From contig JAMIGE010000033.1 in assembly GCA_035905815.1 (NCBI GenBank), positions 1 to 49,598 on the forward strand: a DNA stretch of 49,598 nucleotides. Direction: 5' to 3'. Shown piece by piece: positions 19,253-29,118 of this stretch. The translations under genes were made by a program, and so were the position numbers. The stretch's first letter is position 1, and each line of letters begins with the position of its first letter. The DNA comes from Minisyncoccota bacterium. Lineage in GTDB: Bacteria; Patescibacteriota; Minisyncoccia; Phycocordibacterales; UBA5272. The notes under the pieces were generated by a model. That model did no database searches and was not told where the DNA came from. It was given only the letters and a program-made list of their open reading frames with translations.

Positions 19253-19741
19253 ATGATTACTAATTCAAATACGGGCAAGCTAGATCAAGTGGTAGGTCAA
19301 GGTACAAATCCAAAACCTCCTAGCCCCAAACCTGATGCAACAGCAAATGTAGCTGCTACAAAATCAGCTGAAGATCAAGACTTTGATCCAGATACATTTA
19401 ATGCTGCAGCCGCTACAAAGATAACTGTCGCAGCATTGGACGCAAGGGCAAAGAGGGCTTGCGAGTTGGCAGAGTCTGCATGGAAAAGCGCTGCGAAAGA
19501 CGCACAGGAAAAAGCCAATGCCGGCGTGCTAAAAATTATTAGACATGTCTATCTAGTGAGTAGTGAAAGGTCTCCAGAAATCATTGAAGCTAGTAGGATT
19601 CTAAGTCTCAAGCTTATTGAGAAGAATTTTAAAGAAGTAAAAGTTGATGTAGGCACTAATCAGCTCTCTATATCATTCAGCTGGTCTGATGGTAAACCGC
19701 CAACTGTGCCTGCTACGAGGGAACTCCTTGGCAAAGATTAA
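19253..19741 (+). CDS. Hypothetical protein
   Basis: In-frame ATG at 19253, 9 nt after AAGGGAG. The track start at 19172 has no RBS. GC-richer than its surroundings. Confidence 0.5.
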   Translation: MITNSNTGKLDQVVGQGTNPKPPSPKPDATANVAATKSAEDQDFDPDTFNAAAATKITVAALDARAKRACELAESAWKSAAKDAQEKANAGVLKIIRHVYLVSSERSPEIIEASRILSLKLIEKNFKEVKVDVGTNQLSISFSWSDGKPPTVPATRELLGKD

Positions 19742-19752
19742 CAGGAGAAGTT

Positions 19753-20088
19753 ATGTTTAAGAAAGCAAAAGGAGCAGTCACTGCTGCTGGCAGCGCAATA
19801 AAGGCAGCAGGGGCTGCCGCGTCTGGTAAGGTCAGCAGTGTTGCATCTAGTGCAGCTGCAGTTGCAACCCCGGAGAACTTGGCCAAGGCTGGTCAAGTAG
19901 CAATTACTTTCGCCCAATTGGCGGGCAAGGGCGCGATGGGCGCAGCAGCATCTGTGCCTGCTGCAATGCTCAAGGAGTATGCATTAGCCAAAGCAGCCAA
20001 GACATTCTGGAAAGCTTTAGCGATTGTCAGTCTCGCCATTAACGCAATTCTACTGCTGGGTATAGTTGCGTACTTTATAACTAAGTAA
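19753..20088 (+). CDS. Ala-rich protein with a C-terminal TM anchor
   Basis: AGGAG (19743-47) lies 5 nt before the ATG. The C-terminus ALAIVSLAINAILLLGIVAYFI is a TM helix. Confidence 0.55.
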   Translation: MFKKAKGAVTAAGSAIKAAGAAASGKVSSVASSAAAVATPENLAKAGQVAITFAQLAGKGAMGAAASVPAAMLKEYALAKAAKTFWKALAIVSLAINAILLLGIVAYFITK

Positions 20089-20099
20089 AGGAGTTTGCT

Positions 20100-20258
20100 G
20101 TGTCGAAAAATTTGAAACTTGTGTGTCTTCTTACTGGGTGTGCTATTGGTGGAGCAATCGGGTATTTCCTTGTTGCTCCTAAAGTAGAAAACATTATCCT
20201 TGGAGGACTTTTTGGCACATTTGCGATGAATTGGATTATCGATTTATCTCATGATTAA
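20100..20258 (+). CDS. 52-aa two-TM glycine-zipper-like membrane peptide
   Basis: My own translation, from a GTG start 6 nt after AAGGAG (20088-93), gives VSKNLKLVCLLTGCAIGGAIGYFLVAPKVENIILGGLFGTFAMNWIIDLSHD. It is below the track cutoff. Confidence 0.45.
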   Translation: MSKNLKLVCLLTGCAIGGAIGYFLVAPKVENIILGGLFGTFAMNWIIDLSHD

Positions 20259-20334
20259 TCAAAAGCTTTTGCTGAAGAATTTAATTTCTGTTGGTATCCA
20301 CCCAAGCGTAGCTTTGAATAAATTATTCTAAGTA

Positions 20335-20359
20335 CAAACCGCCATAAAATGGCGGTTTT
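20335..20359 (+). terminator. Intrinsic terminator
   Basis: AAACCGCC-ATAAAAT-GGCGGTTT is followed by TT. Confidence 0.8.
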
Positions 20360-20485
20360 TCATTTGACATATTTTGTAAATTTGATATAAATGTAATAGT
20401 GAAATTTAGTTAAAAATATGCTATAATATGTATAGTAATAATTGTAGTATTAATTATTAAATTAATAAGTAATATAAGTAATCAT

Positions 20486-21127
20486 ATGACTAAGAAGCAA
20501 AAGACTAACACAGAAGAAGAAATCATTTTAGATCAAGAAATGAATGAAAGTAGTAACAGAGAAGATAAATTCGCGAATACAGAAAATGATTTAGAGAGTG
20601 AATTTGTAGAGCTAGGGAGTGACGGAGAGGAGTTGTCTGGTAAAGATGTCCCCAAGAAATTGCGTGAGAGGATTAAAATTCTAGAAAAAGAGAAGCAGGA
20701 GTATATGGAAGGCTGGCAAAGAGCAAAGGCGGACTATGCTAATCGTGAAGGCCAAATAGCAAAAGAAAGAGCAGAGTTTGTTAAGATAGCAAATAAAAAG
20801 CTAATACAAGACGTGCTACCAACTCTGGATAATTACGATGCGGCAAGGGCTAATCAGGAGGCGTGGAACAAAGTCGATGATGGCTGGAGGATGGGTATAG
20901 AATATATATTTTCGTCATTAGTGGCCAAGCTTGAAGGGAATGGACTAAAGCAATACGGGGATTTGGGTGACCTGTTTAATTCCGCTGAATATGAAGCAGT
21001 TGAAATAATTGAGACCGATGATAGTAATATGGATAATAAGGTAGCACAGGTAATGCAAAAGGGTTATAAGATCGGGGAAAGTATTCTAAGGCCAGCTAGA
21101 GTGAAAGTGTATCAATTGATAGCATAA
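20486..21127 (+). CDS. grpE: Nucleotide exchange factor GrpE
   Basis: Contains WQRAKADYANREGQIAKERAEF...LPTLDNYDAA and the C-terminal beta domain ...GYKIGESILRPARVKV. Confidence 0.85.
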   Translation: MTKKQKTNTEEEIILDQEMNESSNREDKFANTENDLESEFVELGSDGEELSGKDVPKKLRERIKILEKEKQEYMEGWQRAKADYANREGQIAKERAEFVKIANKKLIQDVLPTLDNYDAARANQEAWNKVDDGWRMGIEYIFSSLVAKLEGNGLKQYGDLGDLFNSAEYEAVEIIETDDSNMDNKVAQVMQKGYKIGESILRPARVKVYQLIA

Positions 21128-21499
21128 AGTAAAATACTATTTAAATGCAAATCACAGTACAAAAAATATATTTGATAGCAGTAGAAATATCTGAAAATGT
21201 TTTCAGACTTTTTCTGCTGATTGTTAGGTATGTATTTAGTATTGCAGAGGTGGTAATAGATGGTGCTGCTAATGCGGGACTTTACACTTATAGAAAAGCC
21301 AGGAACTTTTTAAAAAGTTTATTTGGATTCAATATATATAAGATTGACAATAGGTTGTCACTAGTATATGTAGTTAAATCAAACTTAATCAGCATTTATA
21401 AAAGTGATAGGATAATATATTCTAATCTACTTGCACCACCCAGTTTAATATAATAATAATCTATTAATTAACAATTTAACTGAATTAAACAAAAACAAT

Positions 21500-23386
21500 A
21501 TGGCAAAAATAATTGGAATTGACTTGGGTACTACTAATAGCGCAGTGGCTATAATAGAAGGTGGTGTACCTAAGATTATAGAGAATATAGAAGGATACAG
21601 AACTACGCCTTCGGTAGTGTCAGTGTCTAAGAATGGTGATAGGGCAGTAGGAATCACAGCTAAAAGGCAAGCGGTTATGAACCCTACAGATACTATCTAT
21701 GGTATTAAGAGATATATGGGTCATAACTTTGACGACAAAGAGGTACAGAGTGACCTGTCCAAGGTGGCTTATAGAGTGAACAAGTCTACTAATGGCGGAG
21801 TCACAGTAACACTCGGTGGTAAAGAGATGCGTCCAGAAGAAGTGAGCGCAATGATACTACAGAAAATTAAAACAGATGTAGAGGCCAAACTAGGGGAGAA
21901 AATTACAGAAGCTGTAATCACTGTACCTGCATACTTTGATGATACTCAGAAGCAGGCTACTATTGATGCCGGTAAAATTGCAGGCCTAGATGTTAAAAGG
22001 ATTATCAATGAGCCTACAGCAGCAGCGCTAGCATATGGATATAACTCTAGCAAGAATGAGAAGATAGCAGTGTATGACTTTGGAGGAGGAACTTTCGACA
22101 TATCAATACTAGAAGTGGGCGATGGTGTCGTGGAGGTGAAGTCTTCTGGAGGAGATTCACACTTGGGTGGTCGCGATATAGATCAGGAAATTGTAAAGTA
22201 TATAGCAGAGGAATTCGAAAAGGGTACAGGTATAGACGTACGCAAGGACCCCTTGGCACTACAGCGCGTAGATGAAGCTGCAGAGAAGGCTAAGCACGAG
22301 CTGTCGACTCAGGTAGAATCTGAAATATTCTTACCATTCATAGCAGTGGGTGCTGATGGGCCAAAGAATTTGCAGATGAAAATTACAAGAGTACAACTAG
22401 AAAGTATCGCAAGGCCATTTGTAGAAAGGTCTATCAAAATTACCGAGCAGACATTAGCAGACTCTGGATTTACTAAGGCTGATATACATCAGGTGGTAAT
22501 GGTTGGAGGTCAGACTCGTATGCCTATGATTGTAGAGGCAGTGAAGAATGCCTTTAACAAAGAGCCGAATAGAAGTATTAACCCAGATGAGGTAGTGGCG
22601 CTCGGTGCTGCGGTACAGGCTGGAGTGCTGCAGGGTGATGTGAAGGATATACTCCTTTTGGATGTGATACCACTATCACTAGCTATTGAAACTATGGGTG
22701 GAGTGGCTACAAAATTAGTAGAGAAGAATACAACAATACCAACACAAAAGTCCCAAGTATTCTCCACTGCTGCCGATAATCAGACGAGTGTAGAGATACA
22801 TATAACCCAAGGCGAAAGGCCAATGGCATCTGATAATAAATCATTAGGCAGATTCATACTAGATGGAATTCCACCAAGCCCAAGAGGTGTACCACAAGTG
22901 GAAGTAAGCTTTGACGTAGACGCTAATGGAATACTAAATGTAAAGGCCAAGGATAAGACAAGCGGTAAAGAGCAATCAATTAGAATAGAGGCTACATCAG
23001 GACTAAGTGACGAGGATATTAAGAAGATGCAAGCAGACGCAGATGCGAATGCAGAGGCAGACAAAGTAAAAGTAGAATTGGCGGATGCCAAGAATGCTGC
23101 TGATCAGACAATAGCCACAGCAGAAAAGGCATTGAAGGATGCAGAGGGTAAAATAAGTGCAGAATTAAATGCAGATATAACTGGCAAAATCGTTGACCTA
23201 CGTAGTAAGAAGAACTCCGCAGAGTCAGGCAATTTATCAGAGCTTAAGAAGTCTACTGATGATCTATCGTCTGCTATGAGTAAAATTGGAGAAGAGATGA
23301 GCAAGGCTAATAGCGCCAATTCTGAAGAAGCTAAATCAGAAGGAGCTAATACTGAAGAGGGTTCCACAAATTCAGAAGCCAAATAA
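21500..23386 (+). CDS. dnaK: Chaperone DnaK (Hsp70)
   Basis: Contains [20 protein letters not shown] and [10 protein letters not shown], with a C-terminal lid domain. Confidence 0.97.
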   Translation: MAKIIGIDLGTTNSAVAIIEGGVPKIIENIEGYRTTPSVVSVSKNGDRAVGITAKRQAVMNPTDTIYGIKRYMGHNFDDKEVQSDLSKVAYRVNKSTNGGVTVTLGGKEMRPEEVSAMILQKIKTDVEAKLGEKITEAVITVPAYFDDTQKQATIDAGKIAGLDVKRIINEPTAAALAYGYNSSKNEKIAVYDFGGGTFDISILEVGDGVVEVKSSGGDSHLGGRDIDQEIVKYIAEEFEKGTGIDVRKDPLALQRVDEAAEKAKHELSTQVESEIFLPFIAVGADGPKNLQMKITRVQLESIARPFVERSIKITEQTLADSGFTKADIHQVVMVGGQTRMPMIVEAVKNAFNKEPNRSINPDEVVALGAAVQAGVLQGDVKDILLLDVIPLSLAIETMGGVATKLVEKNTTIPTQKSQVFSTAADNQTSVEIHITQGERPMASDNKSLGRFILDGIPPSPRGVPQVEVSFDVDANGILNVKAKDKTSGKEQSIRIEATSGLSDEDIKKMQADADANAEADKVKVELADAKNAADQTIATAEKALKDAEGKISAELNADITGKIVDLRSKKNSAESGNLSELKKSTDDLSSAMSKIGEEMSKANSANSEEAKSEGANTEEGSTNSEAK

Positions 23387-23421
23387 TATAGGATAATCTC
23401 AAAATACTATCCATAATACAA

Positions 23422-23458
23422 ACACAAAGCCCGCAGCTACGCTGCGGGCTTTGTGTTG
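23422..23458 (+). terminator. Hairpin terminator after dnaK
   Basis: ACACAAAGCCCGCAGC pairs with GCTGCGGGCTTTGTGT. Confidence 0.65.
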
Positions 23459-23528
23459 ACTATGAATTATATAAATGTTAATCTATTTCCAGATGCATGC
23501 ATGTCGCGTGCAAAATAGGAGAAAACTT

Positions 23529-24305
23529 GTGTATAGAAAAACTGTAGCAGAATTATGCAAAATTGCAAAGCAAAATGAAAGCAAGGAAAAGCGCATATCT
23601 GCGAGAGATGAAATCATAAAAAGGCTCGATAACGAGAAAATGTCAGCCGAAGACTTACTGGTACTGGCATGTTATAACCTTGATGAAGATCTAGCGCTAA
23701 AGGCAGCAGAATTGCTTACAAGCAATTATCAAATGACAATAGACATGCTTTTAGAGGTATGCAAAAGTGGAATGACAATAGCTGTAAAGCAGCTTGCCAA
23801 AAATGCAACAATAGAAAAAATTGAAAATCAAGGAGATGTAAGCGCATCAAAGTTGCGAACCATAGTACTTTCTACTCAATCAAACGAGATCAAGCGTGCA
23901 GCAGCAGCGCAGCTTGTCAGCCGCCAGAATCTGGACGCTACAAGTTTGGCGGCAACAATATGTTTATGTACAGACTCGAAATCAGCGAGTACTCTTTTTG
24001 AGAAACTAAAAGAGATTCAAAGGCCGGGTGACATGACTTATATCTCGCAGAGCTGTAAATTCCCAGATATTAAAGCAGAAGCGAGATTACTTAGGTCTAA
24101 TTACTATGATGAGTCTACAGTCGATAGTGATGCCATTACTGATGGAGATGTGGGCGGTGCTAAGTCACAATCTAGCTCGCCTAATAGGCGTCTGGAAATT
24201 GAAGCAGAAGTAGCAGAAGCAAATCTATTCAGACACGCAGAAGAGCAGCGAATTAAATCTGGCTCCTTCTTTGCGAGGGTAAAAAATTTCTTCCGAACTT
24301 TCTAA
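23529..24305 (+). CDS. Hypothetical protein
   Basis: In-frame GTG at 23529, 7 nt after AGGAG (23517-21). The track start is at 23475. No motif recognised. Confidence 0.5.
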   Translation: MYRKTVAELCKIAKQNESKEKRISARDEIIKRLDNEKMSAEDLLVLACYNLDEDLALKAAELLTSNYQMTIDMLLEVCKSGMTIAVKQLAKNATIEKIENQGDVSASKLRTIVLSTQSNEIKRAAAAQLVSRQNLDATSLAATICLCTDSKSASTLFEKLKEIQRPGDMTYISQSCKFPDIKAEARLLRSNYYDESTVDSDAITDGDVGGAKSQSSSPNRRLEIEAEVAEANLFRHAEEQRIKSGSFFARVKNFFRTF

Positions 24306-24307
24306 AT

Positions 24308-24336
24308 AAAAAAGCGCGACAATTAGTCGCGCTTTT
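24308..24336. terminator. Bidirectional terminator between convergent genes
   Basis: The hairpin AAAAAA-GCGCGAC-AATTA-GTCGCGC-TTTT has an A-run on one side and a T-run on the other. Confidence 0.75.
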
Positions 24337-24346
24337 CATGTTTTAA

Positions 24347-25045
24347 TTAATGAGGCCTTACAGAAGGCTGATTCAATCGCGGGTCTATGCATCCAATTCG
24401 ACGCAGATTGGCCCGAGCCTTATCCTCCAGGCTTTCGCCAATTTCGGTAAAGTAAATACTAGGCCTATCGAGGAATTTCTGTAATGGATTTTTACGTGCA
24501 AGCATTGCTTCCTCGATCTTGTCTCTGGGCACCCTGTATTCTAGGAATACCTGTCTACTGTATTCATCGAATTGCTCTGGATCCGCAGCAAGTCTAATCA
24601 AGTCTAAATCTGAGACCCAAGCTTCTACACCATGTAGGGATGCGCTCTGATGGTCAGTCCTTCGAATTGCATTCGCCACTACTTCAATGCGATAGTCATT
24701 TATACCTAGTCGCTTAGCATCGGCTATCCACGCCTCGGCACTACGTGCCTCATTATCTGGAGAGCCAGGCACATATACCATGTCATGATATGTATATGCA
24801 AGGATAATCTTTGCCATTGTGACAGGCATTAGACGACTATCATAACTCATGAATTCAAATATGCCTTCATGCAGATGACTTACATTGTGGTAGTTACTCC
24901 CACGGCTTTGATATTCATTGAATACCGCATTTACAGTAGCTTCGGCGTCTTGGGAATTATTCTCTCCGAGAAGTAAAAAAGAAAAGTAAACCATTTGCCA
25001 ATTAAGCATTTGCAGGCTCTTTGGTAGACTAATTTGAAGGTCCAT
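24347..25045 (-). CDS. HD-superfamily metal-dependent phosphohydrolase-like protein
   Basis: Contains YHNVSHLHE and a later YHDMVY, the H...HD pattern. The start is uncertain because of internal Met residues. Confidence 0.55.
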   Translation of the reverse strand: MDLQISLPKSLQMLNWQMVYFSFLLLGENNSQDAEATVNAVFNEYQSRGSNYHNVSHLHEGIFEFMSYDSRLMPVTMAKIILAYTYHDMVYVPGSPDNEARSAEAWIADAKRLGINDYRIEVVANAIRRTDHQSASLHGVEAWVSDLDLIRLAADPEQFDEYSRQVFLEYRVPRDKIEEAMLARKNPLQKFLDRPSIYFTEIGESLEDKARANLRRIGCIDPRLNQPSVRPH

Positions 25046-25123
25046 TTAATACATCCTTTCAAAATGAATTGTGAACAACCAAGCACAGTCTACCTAATAA
25101 GACATCAAATGTCAATGAATTTG

Positions 25124-25204
25124 TGCCAAAGGAGGGACTCGAACCCTCAAGCCTTACGGCAAGCGATTTTGAGTCGCTCGTGTATACCATTCCACCACTT
25201 TGGC
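25124..25204 (-). tRNA. tRNA-Leu (anticodon CAA), long variable arm, no encoded CCA
   Basis: The reverse complement is GCCAAAG...AGCGA-CTCAAAA-TCGCT-TGCCGTAAGGCTT-GAGGG-TTCGAGT-CCCTC-CTTTGGC-A. Confidence 0.9.
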
Positions 25205-25325
25205 TTAATCCGTAGATTATAACATAAATAATATTATTAAAAAATCCCCCACAGTATTGCGAGGGATTATAGGGCAGAGGCTAGCTTATATAATTCAAAG
25301 CTTGCACCTGGAATTAAATTACAAA

Positions 25326-26126
25326 CTATTCATCTCTGCGAAGTGTGCAAAGTCCAAATGCTTTCAATATTCTGATATACATCCAGCCAATATCGAACTC
25401 ATACCACTTGCGTGAGAATTTTGCACTAGTAGCAAAGGCGTGATGATTATTATGTAGTTCCTCGCCGCCAATCCAAATCCCAAGCGGGACTATGTTTGTA
25501 CTGTGCACAATTTGCGGGTGTACTTGACCAAGTCTATTTTTGGGCCTATCAGAATCGGTGTCGTGATAATTCTGATATCCCACGTAGTGCCCCAGGCCGT
25601 TAATTACGCCCGCGGCCCAGAATGGTATCCAGGCCATTTGTATTAGCCATACTATGATACCGGCCCATTTGAAGAAAAGTAGATTAAGGGCCAGCATTAT
25701 CACAACACCACCTGCTGGGTATCTAGAGTAGAGCTCAGACTCTATCCAGTCATTTGGAGTATTGGCGCCATAAGTTTCAATCATTTGCTTGTCCTTGGAG
25801 GCTATAACATATTGAACTACTCCAAATGGGAATATTGTCCAAATGCTGTTGCCAGTAGACCAAGGGCTATGCGGATCACCGTCGGCATCCACGCTGGAGT
25901 GATGCTTTCTATGTATTGCCACCCACTCCTTGGTCAGCATGCCAGTTGTCATCCAAAGCCACAGTCGCATAAAGTGCGCAACTATTGGGTGGAATTTAAC
26001 TGCGCCATGCGCTTGAGAGCGATGCAAATACAGAGTTACAGATGCAATTGTGATTTGAGTAACTACAAAAGTGTATATGATTATATCACTATGCGTAGTC
26101 AAAAAATTAATGAACAGATTAAACAT
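25326..26126 (-). CDS. Membrane fatty-acid (acyl-CoA/acyl-lipid delta-9 type) desaturase
   Basis: The three His boxes are HRSQAH, HRKHH and HNNHH. TM segments are present. AAAGGAG lies 6 nt before the ATG. Confidence 0.8.
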   Translation of the reverse strand: MFNLFINFLTTHSDIIIYTFVVTQITIASVTLYLHRSQAHGAVKFHPIVAHFMRLWLWMTTGMLTKEWVAIHRKHHSSVDADGDPHSPWSTGNSIWTIFPFGVVQYVIASKDKQMIETYGANTPNDWIESELYSRYPAGGVVIMLALNLLFFKWAGIIVWLIQMAWIPFWAAGVINGLGHYVGYQNYHDTDSDRPKNRLGQVHPQIVHSTNIVPLGIWIGGEELHNNHHAFATSAKFSRKWYEFDIGWMYIRILKAFGLCTLRRDE

Positions 26127-26200
26127 TTTCGTCTCCTTTCATTCAAATTGTCCACATACAGCTTAGCATAAATTATGATATAATAGAAGAGTAAACAATT

Positions 26201-27253
26201 ATGGCAACAATAGAAAATGCAATTTTTTGGATTGAAGTAGATAAAATATTACCTAACCCGTATCAGCCACGTACAGAATTTTCACCTGTAGCGATAGGTG
26301 AGCTGGCAGATAGTATCAAGCAGTATGGAATACTGCAGCCACTAGTCCTGTCCAGGAGCGAGGACTACCGAGAGGATGGGTCAATTGGAGTGAAATATGA
26401 GTTAATTGCTGGCGAAAGGAGGTTACGCGCCAGTAAGCTTGCCGGTCTCGCACAGGTACCATGTATTATAAGAGTCGGTCATGATAATAGAGAAAAGCTA
26501 GAGCTAGCTATTATAGAAAATGTAGTAAGAGAGGACTTGAATGCAGTAGAAAGGGCAATGGCATATCAAAAGCTTGCAGATGAGTTTAAAATGTCGTGGG
26601 TAGAAATAGGGAAGAAGGTATCCAAGTCACGTGAGTATGTTTCAAATACTGTACGTATATTAATGTTACCGCAGGAAATGCTAGACGCCCTTGCAAAGGG
26701 GTTGATAACAGAAGGCCATACTAGGCCACTTCTAATGTTAGTCGATAAGCCAGAAGAGCAAGCTACGCTGTTCAAAGAGATGCTGCTAAGGAAGATGACT
26801 GTGCGTGAAGCAGAATCCATTAGTCGTAGGGTCGCATATGATAAAGTTAGAAAAAAGCAGACATTTATCACGCCTGAAGTAGTGGAAATGGAAGAAGGAT
26901 TAGCAGAGAGCCTGGGTACCAGAGTAACCATAGAGCCTAGGGATAAAGGTGGCAAGATATCAATTGATTATTTCTCTTATGATGAGCTACTTGGTCTATC
27001 TAATGTGCTACAGAATGCTGGGCTACACAAGCTTCACAAGGGTATGTTTGACAAGATACGTGAGGAAGGTGCAAATATAGGAGCATTTGTAGATGAGTCT
27101 ACCCCTGCCACGACAGAACAAATTCAAAGTGAAGCAGAGATAGCAGTGGATGATAGAGGAATAGAGGAGAAGAATTATGATAACAGTACTTTAATTGCTG
27201 AGGCTACCGATGATGATGCAATGTTATATAGTGGTAAAGCTTTTACAATTTAA
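26201..27253 (+). CDS. parB: ParB/Spo0J-family partition protein with an acidic C-terminal extension
   Basis: Contains ILPNPYQPRTEF, GILQPLVL and ELIAGERRLRASKLAG. There is no adjacent parA. Confidence 0.85.
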   Translation: MATIENAIFWIEVDKILPNPYQPRTEFSPVAIGELADSIKQYGILQPLVLSRSEDYREDGSIGVKYELIAGERRLRASKLAGLAQVPCIIRVGHDNREKLELAIIENVVREDLNAVERAMAYQKLADEFKMSWVEIGKKVSKSREYVSNTVRILMLPQEMLDALAKGLITEGHTRPLLMLVDKPEEQATLFKEMLLRKMTVREAESISRRVAYDKVRKKQTFITPEVVEMEEGLAESLGTRVTIEPRDKGGKISIDYFSYDELLGLSNVLQNAGLHKLHKGMFDKIREEGANIGAFVDESTPATTEQIQSEAEIAVDDRGIEEKNYDNSTLIAEATDDDAMLYSGKAFTI

Positions 27254-27336
27254 ATAAAAAAGTTATAATGTATAATATGATTGTAATACGGTGCGCTGGA
27301 ATTGTATAACTTATTAGGCAATATAAAATAAATAAT

Positions 27337-27690
27337 ATGAATATAATAATTAAGACTCATGACATTGAACTAACTGATGCTATCAAGTCTTACGCAGAGC
27401 AAAAGTTAAGTAATCTTTCAAATAGATTAGGGACTGACTCAATATTAGAAGTAGAATTGGGGAGAACAGAGAAGCATCACAAGGATGGCGATCATTATAT
27501 TGTTAAGGCTCATGCAAAGTATGGTACAAGGTCAGTACATGTAGAAAGTCTAAAGCAAGACCTGTACGCCGCTATCGATAATGCAAAAGACAAGTTAGAG
27601 GATGAAATTGCGCACGCTGGCGACAAGAGTCGCAGTATGGCTCGTAATTTTGCCAGAAAGGTTAAAAGTTTATTTAAAGGTCATAATTAA
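27337..27690 (+). CDS. hpf: Ribosome hibernation factor (HPF/RaiA, short form)
   Basis: MNIIIKTHDIELTDAIKSYAEQKLSNL... is typical of the S30AE/sigma-54 modulation protein family. Confidence 0.8.
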   Translation: MNIIIKTHDIELTDAIKSYAEQKLSNLSNRLGTDSILEVELGRTEKHHKDGDHYIVKAHAKYGTRSVHVESLKQDLYAAIDNAKDKLEDEIAHAGDKSRSMARNFARKVKSLFKGHN

Positions 27691-27701
27691 TAATAAATAA
27701 T

Positions 27702-28391
27702 ATGTACAAAGTCTCTTTAGCTGCCATTGTTGTCATATTCCTAGCATTGATTGCTTATAATCTGATGACCCCTGCAGTAGACACTACTCAGACAGGATTA
27801 AATCTAAACGCAAATAAAAATAACTCAAGTAATCAAGCAAATATTCAACCATCAACATTAAACACAAATACTGCAATTAAAACCAATATGCAAAACACAA
27901 ACATCGACATTAGTAACATGAGCACCGTAACCCTTAATACTAGCATGGGACCAATAACTATCGAGCTATCAAAGGATAAGCCTGCGACCACTGCTAACTT
28001 TTTAAAGCTTGTGACATCAAAATTTTATGACGGTATAAAATTCCATAGAGTTATCGATGGATTCATGGTGCAGGCTGGTGATCCACTTTCTAAAGACGAT
28101 ACCCAAAAACAGTACTGGGGCACAGGTGGACCTGGTTACAAGTTTAATGACGAGCTAACAGGCAAAGAGGAGTACAAAGTAGGTACTGTTGCTATGGCTA
28201 ATTCAGGCCCCAATACTAATGGGTCACAATTCTTCATCATGGTATCTGACGTACCTTTGCCTCCAAGCTACACAGTATTCGGACATGTGACTTCTGGATT
28301 GGATAATGTTCTAAAAATTGGCAAAACCCCTACAGATCCATCTGACAAGCCACTACAGGCTGTAACTATCACTTCTGCAACTGCAAAGTAA
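27702..28391 (+). CDS. ppiB: Cyclophilin-type peptidyl-prolyl isomerase with an N-terminal membrane anchor
   Basis: Contains FHRVIDGFMVQAGDP and VAMANSGPNTNGSQFFI. Confidence 0.9.
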   Translation: MYKVSLAAIVVIFLALIAYNLMTPAVDTTQTGLNLNANKNNSSNQANIQPSTLNTNTAIKTNMQNTNIDISNMSTVTLNTSMGPITIELSKDKPATTANFLKLVTSKFYDGIKFHRVIDGFMVQAGDPLSKDDTQKQYWGTGGPGYKFNDELTGKEEYKVGTVAMANSGPNTNGSQFFIMVSDVPLPPSYTVFGHVTSGLDNVLKIGKTPTDPSDKPLQAVTITSATAK

Positions 28392-28403
28392 TTTGAATTT
28401 ATA

Positions 28404-28443
28404 ATACGCAAACAGGCGCCTCCGGCGCCTGTTTGCGTATTTA
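28404..28443 (+). terminator. Long hairpin terminator
   Basis: ATACGCAAACAGGCGCC-TCC-GGCGCCTGTTTGCGTAT forms a 17-bp stem. Confidence 0.7.
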
Positions 28444-28501
28444 TACTGTATGTGTTATCCTACTCATATTCGCTATTTAACTTTCAGATTGGAGTGTATA
28501 T

Positions 28502-29077
28502 ATGAATGCTTGGATGTTAAAATTCTTGTCCTGGTTGTATGATTGCTGCGGTATTAGCTACTATGACCACTATTATGGTGTGGTTGCGGCTTTAATCATC
28601 TTCCTTACTGTGATTATTGTTATTACGCATTTGGTTTATGTAATAATTGGGCATCCTTTTAAAGAAAAAACGTTTGAAAGTCCACTTTTATTGTGGAGAA
28701 AATATCTAATCGCCACGTTGATCCTATTTGCACTGTCTTTTATATCATACTCAATAATACAGACCAGAAATGAGGCTGAAAGGAGTTATAAAAGTACAAT
28801 AACATATACAGAGAAGTATTTATCTGTGAAGGTGGGTGATAAAATAGTAGACCCTACCACTAATCTGATGTATGAATGCATGCTTATGGGTGACGGTGAG
28901 TATTATCTAGTCTCACATCGATACTCGTCAGTCAAAAGTAACTATTATGTAGATGCAAGGCCGGTGCGTAAGTTGCAATACTTGCAATACTTAGAGGCTT
29001 TGAAGAAAGTTCCGAAGTGGTGGGGTGGCGAGGATCGCACCAGCACAATGCGTAAAACAATTACTTGTTCCAAGTAA
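28502..29077 (+). CDS. Hypothetical membrane protein
   Basis: A 191-aa ORF with 2-3 predicted TM segments. No motif recognised. Confidence 0.5.
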   Translation: MNAWMLKFLSWLYDCCGISYYDHYYGVVAALIIFLTVIIVITHLVYVIIGHPFKEKTFESPLLLWRKYLIATLILFALSFISYSIIQTRNEAERSYKSTITYTEKYLSVKVGDKIVDPTTNLMYECMLMGDGEYYLVSHRYSSVKSNYYVDARPVRKLQYLQYLEALKKVPKWWGGEDRTSTMRKTITCSK

Positions 29078-29082
29078 TACGA

Positions 29083-29110
29083 AGGCCGTAGCAATACGGC
29101 CTTTTGATTT
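29083..29110. terminator. Terminator between convergent genes
   Basis: AGGCCGTA-GCAA-TACGGCCT is followed by TTTT. Confidence 0.75.
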
Positions 29111-29118
29111 ATAATTTT

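Noticed and set aside
21145-21453. A 102-aa ORF between grpE and dnaK.
   Set aside because: It has no RBS or -10 geometry like other genes here. Its composition is low-complexity and AT-driven, and it spans likely promoter and operator sequence. I treat it as non-coding spacer.
26621-26640. A parS site inside parB, suggested by a CACGTG core at 26628-26633.
   Set aside because: The flanks (CCAAGT/AGTATG) are not palindromic and do not match TGTTNCACGTGAAACA. The other CACGTG occurrences (about 16290, 35945 and 48460) also lack the arms.
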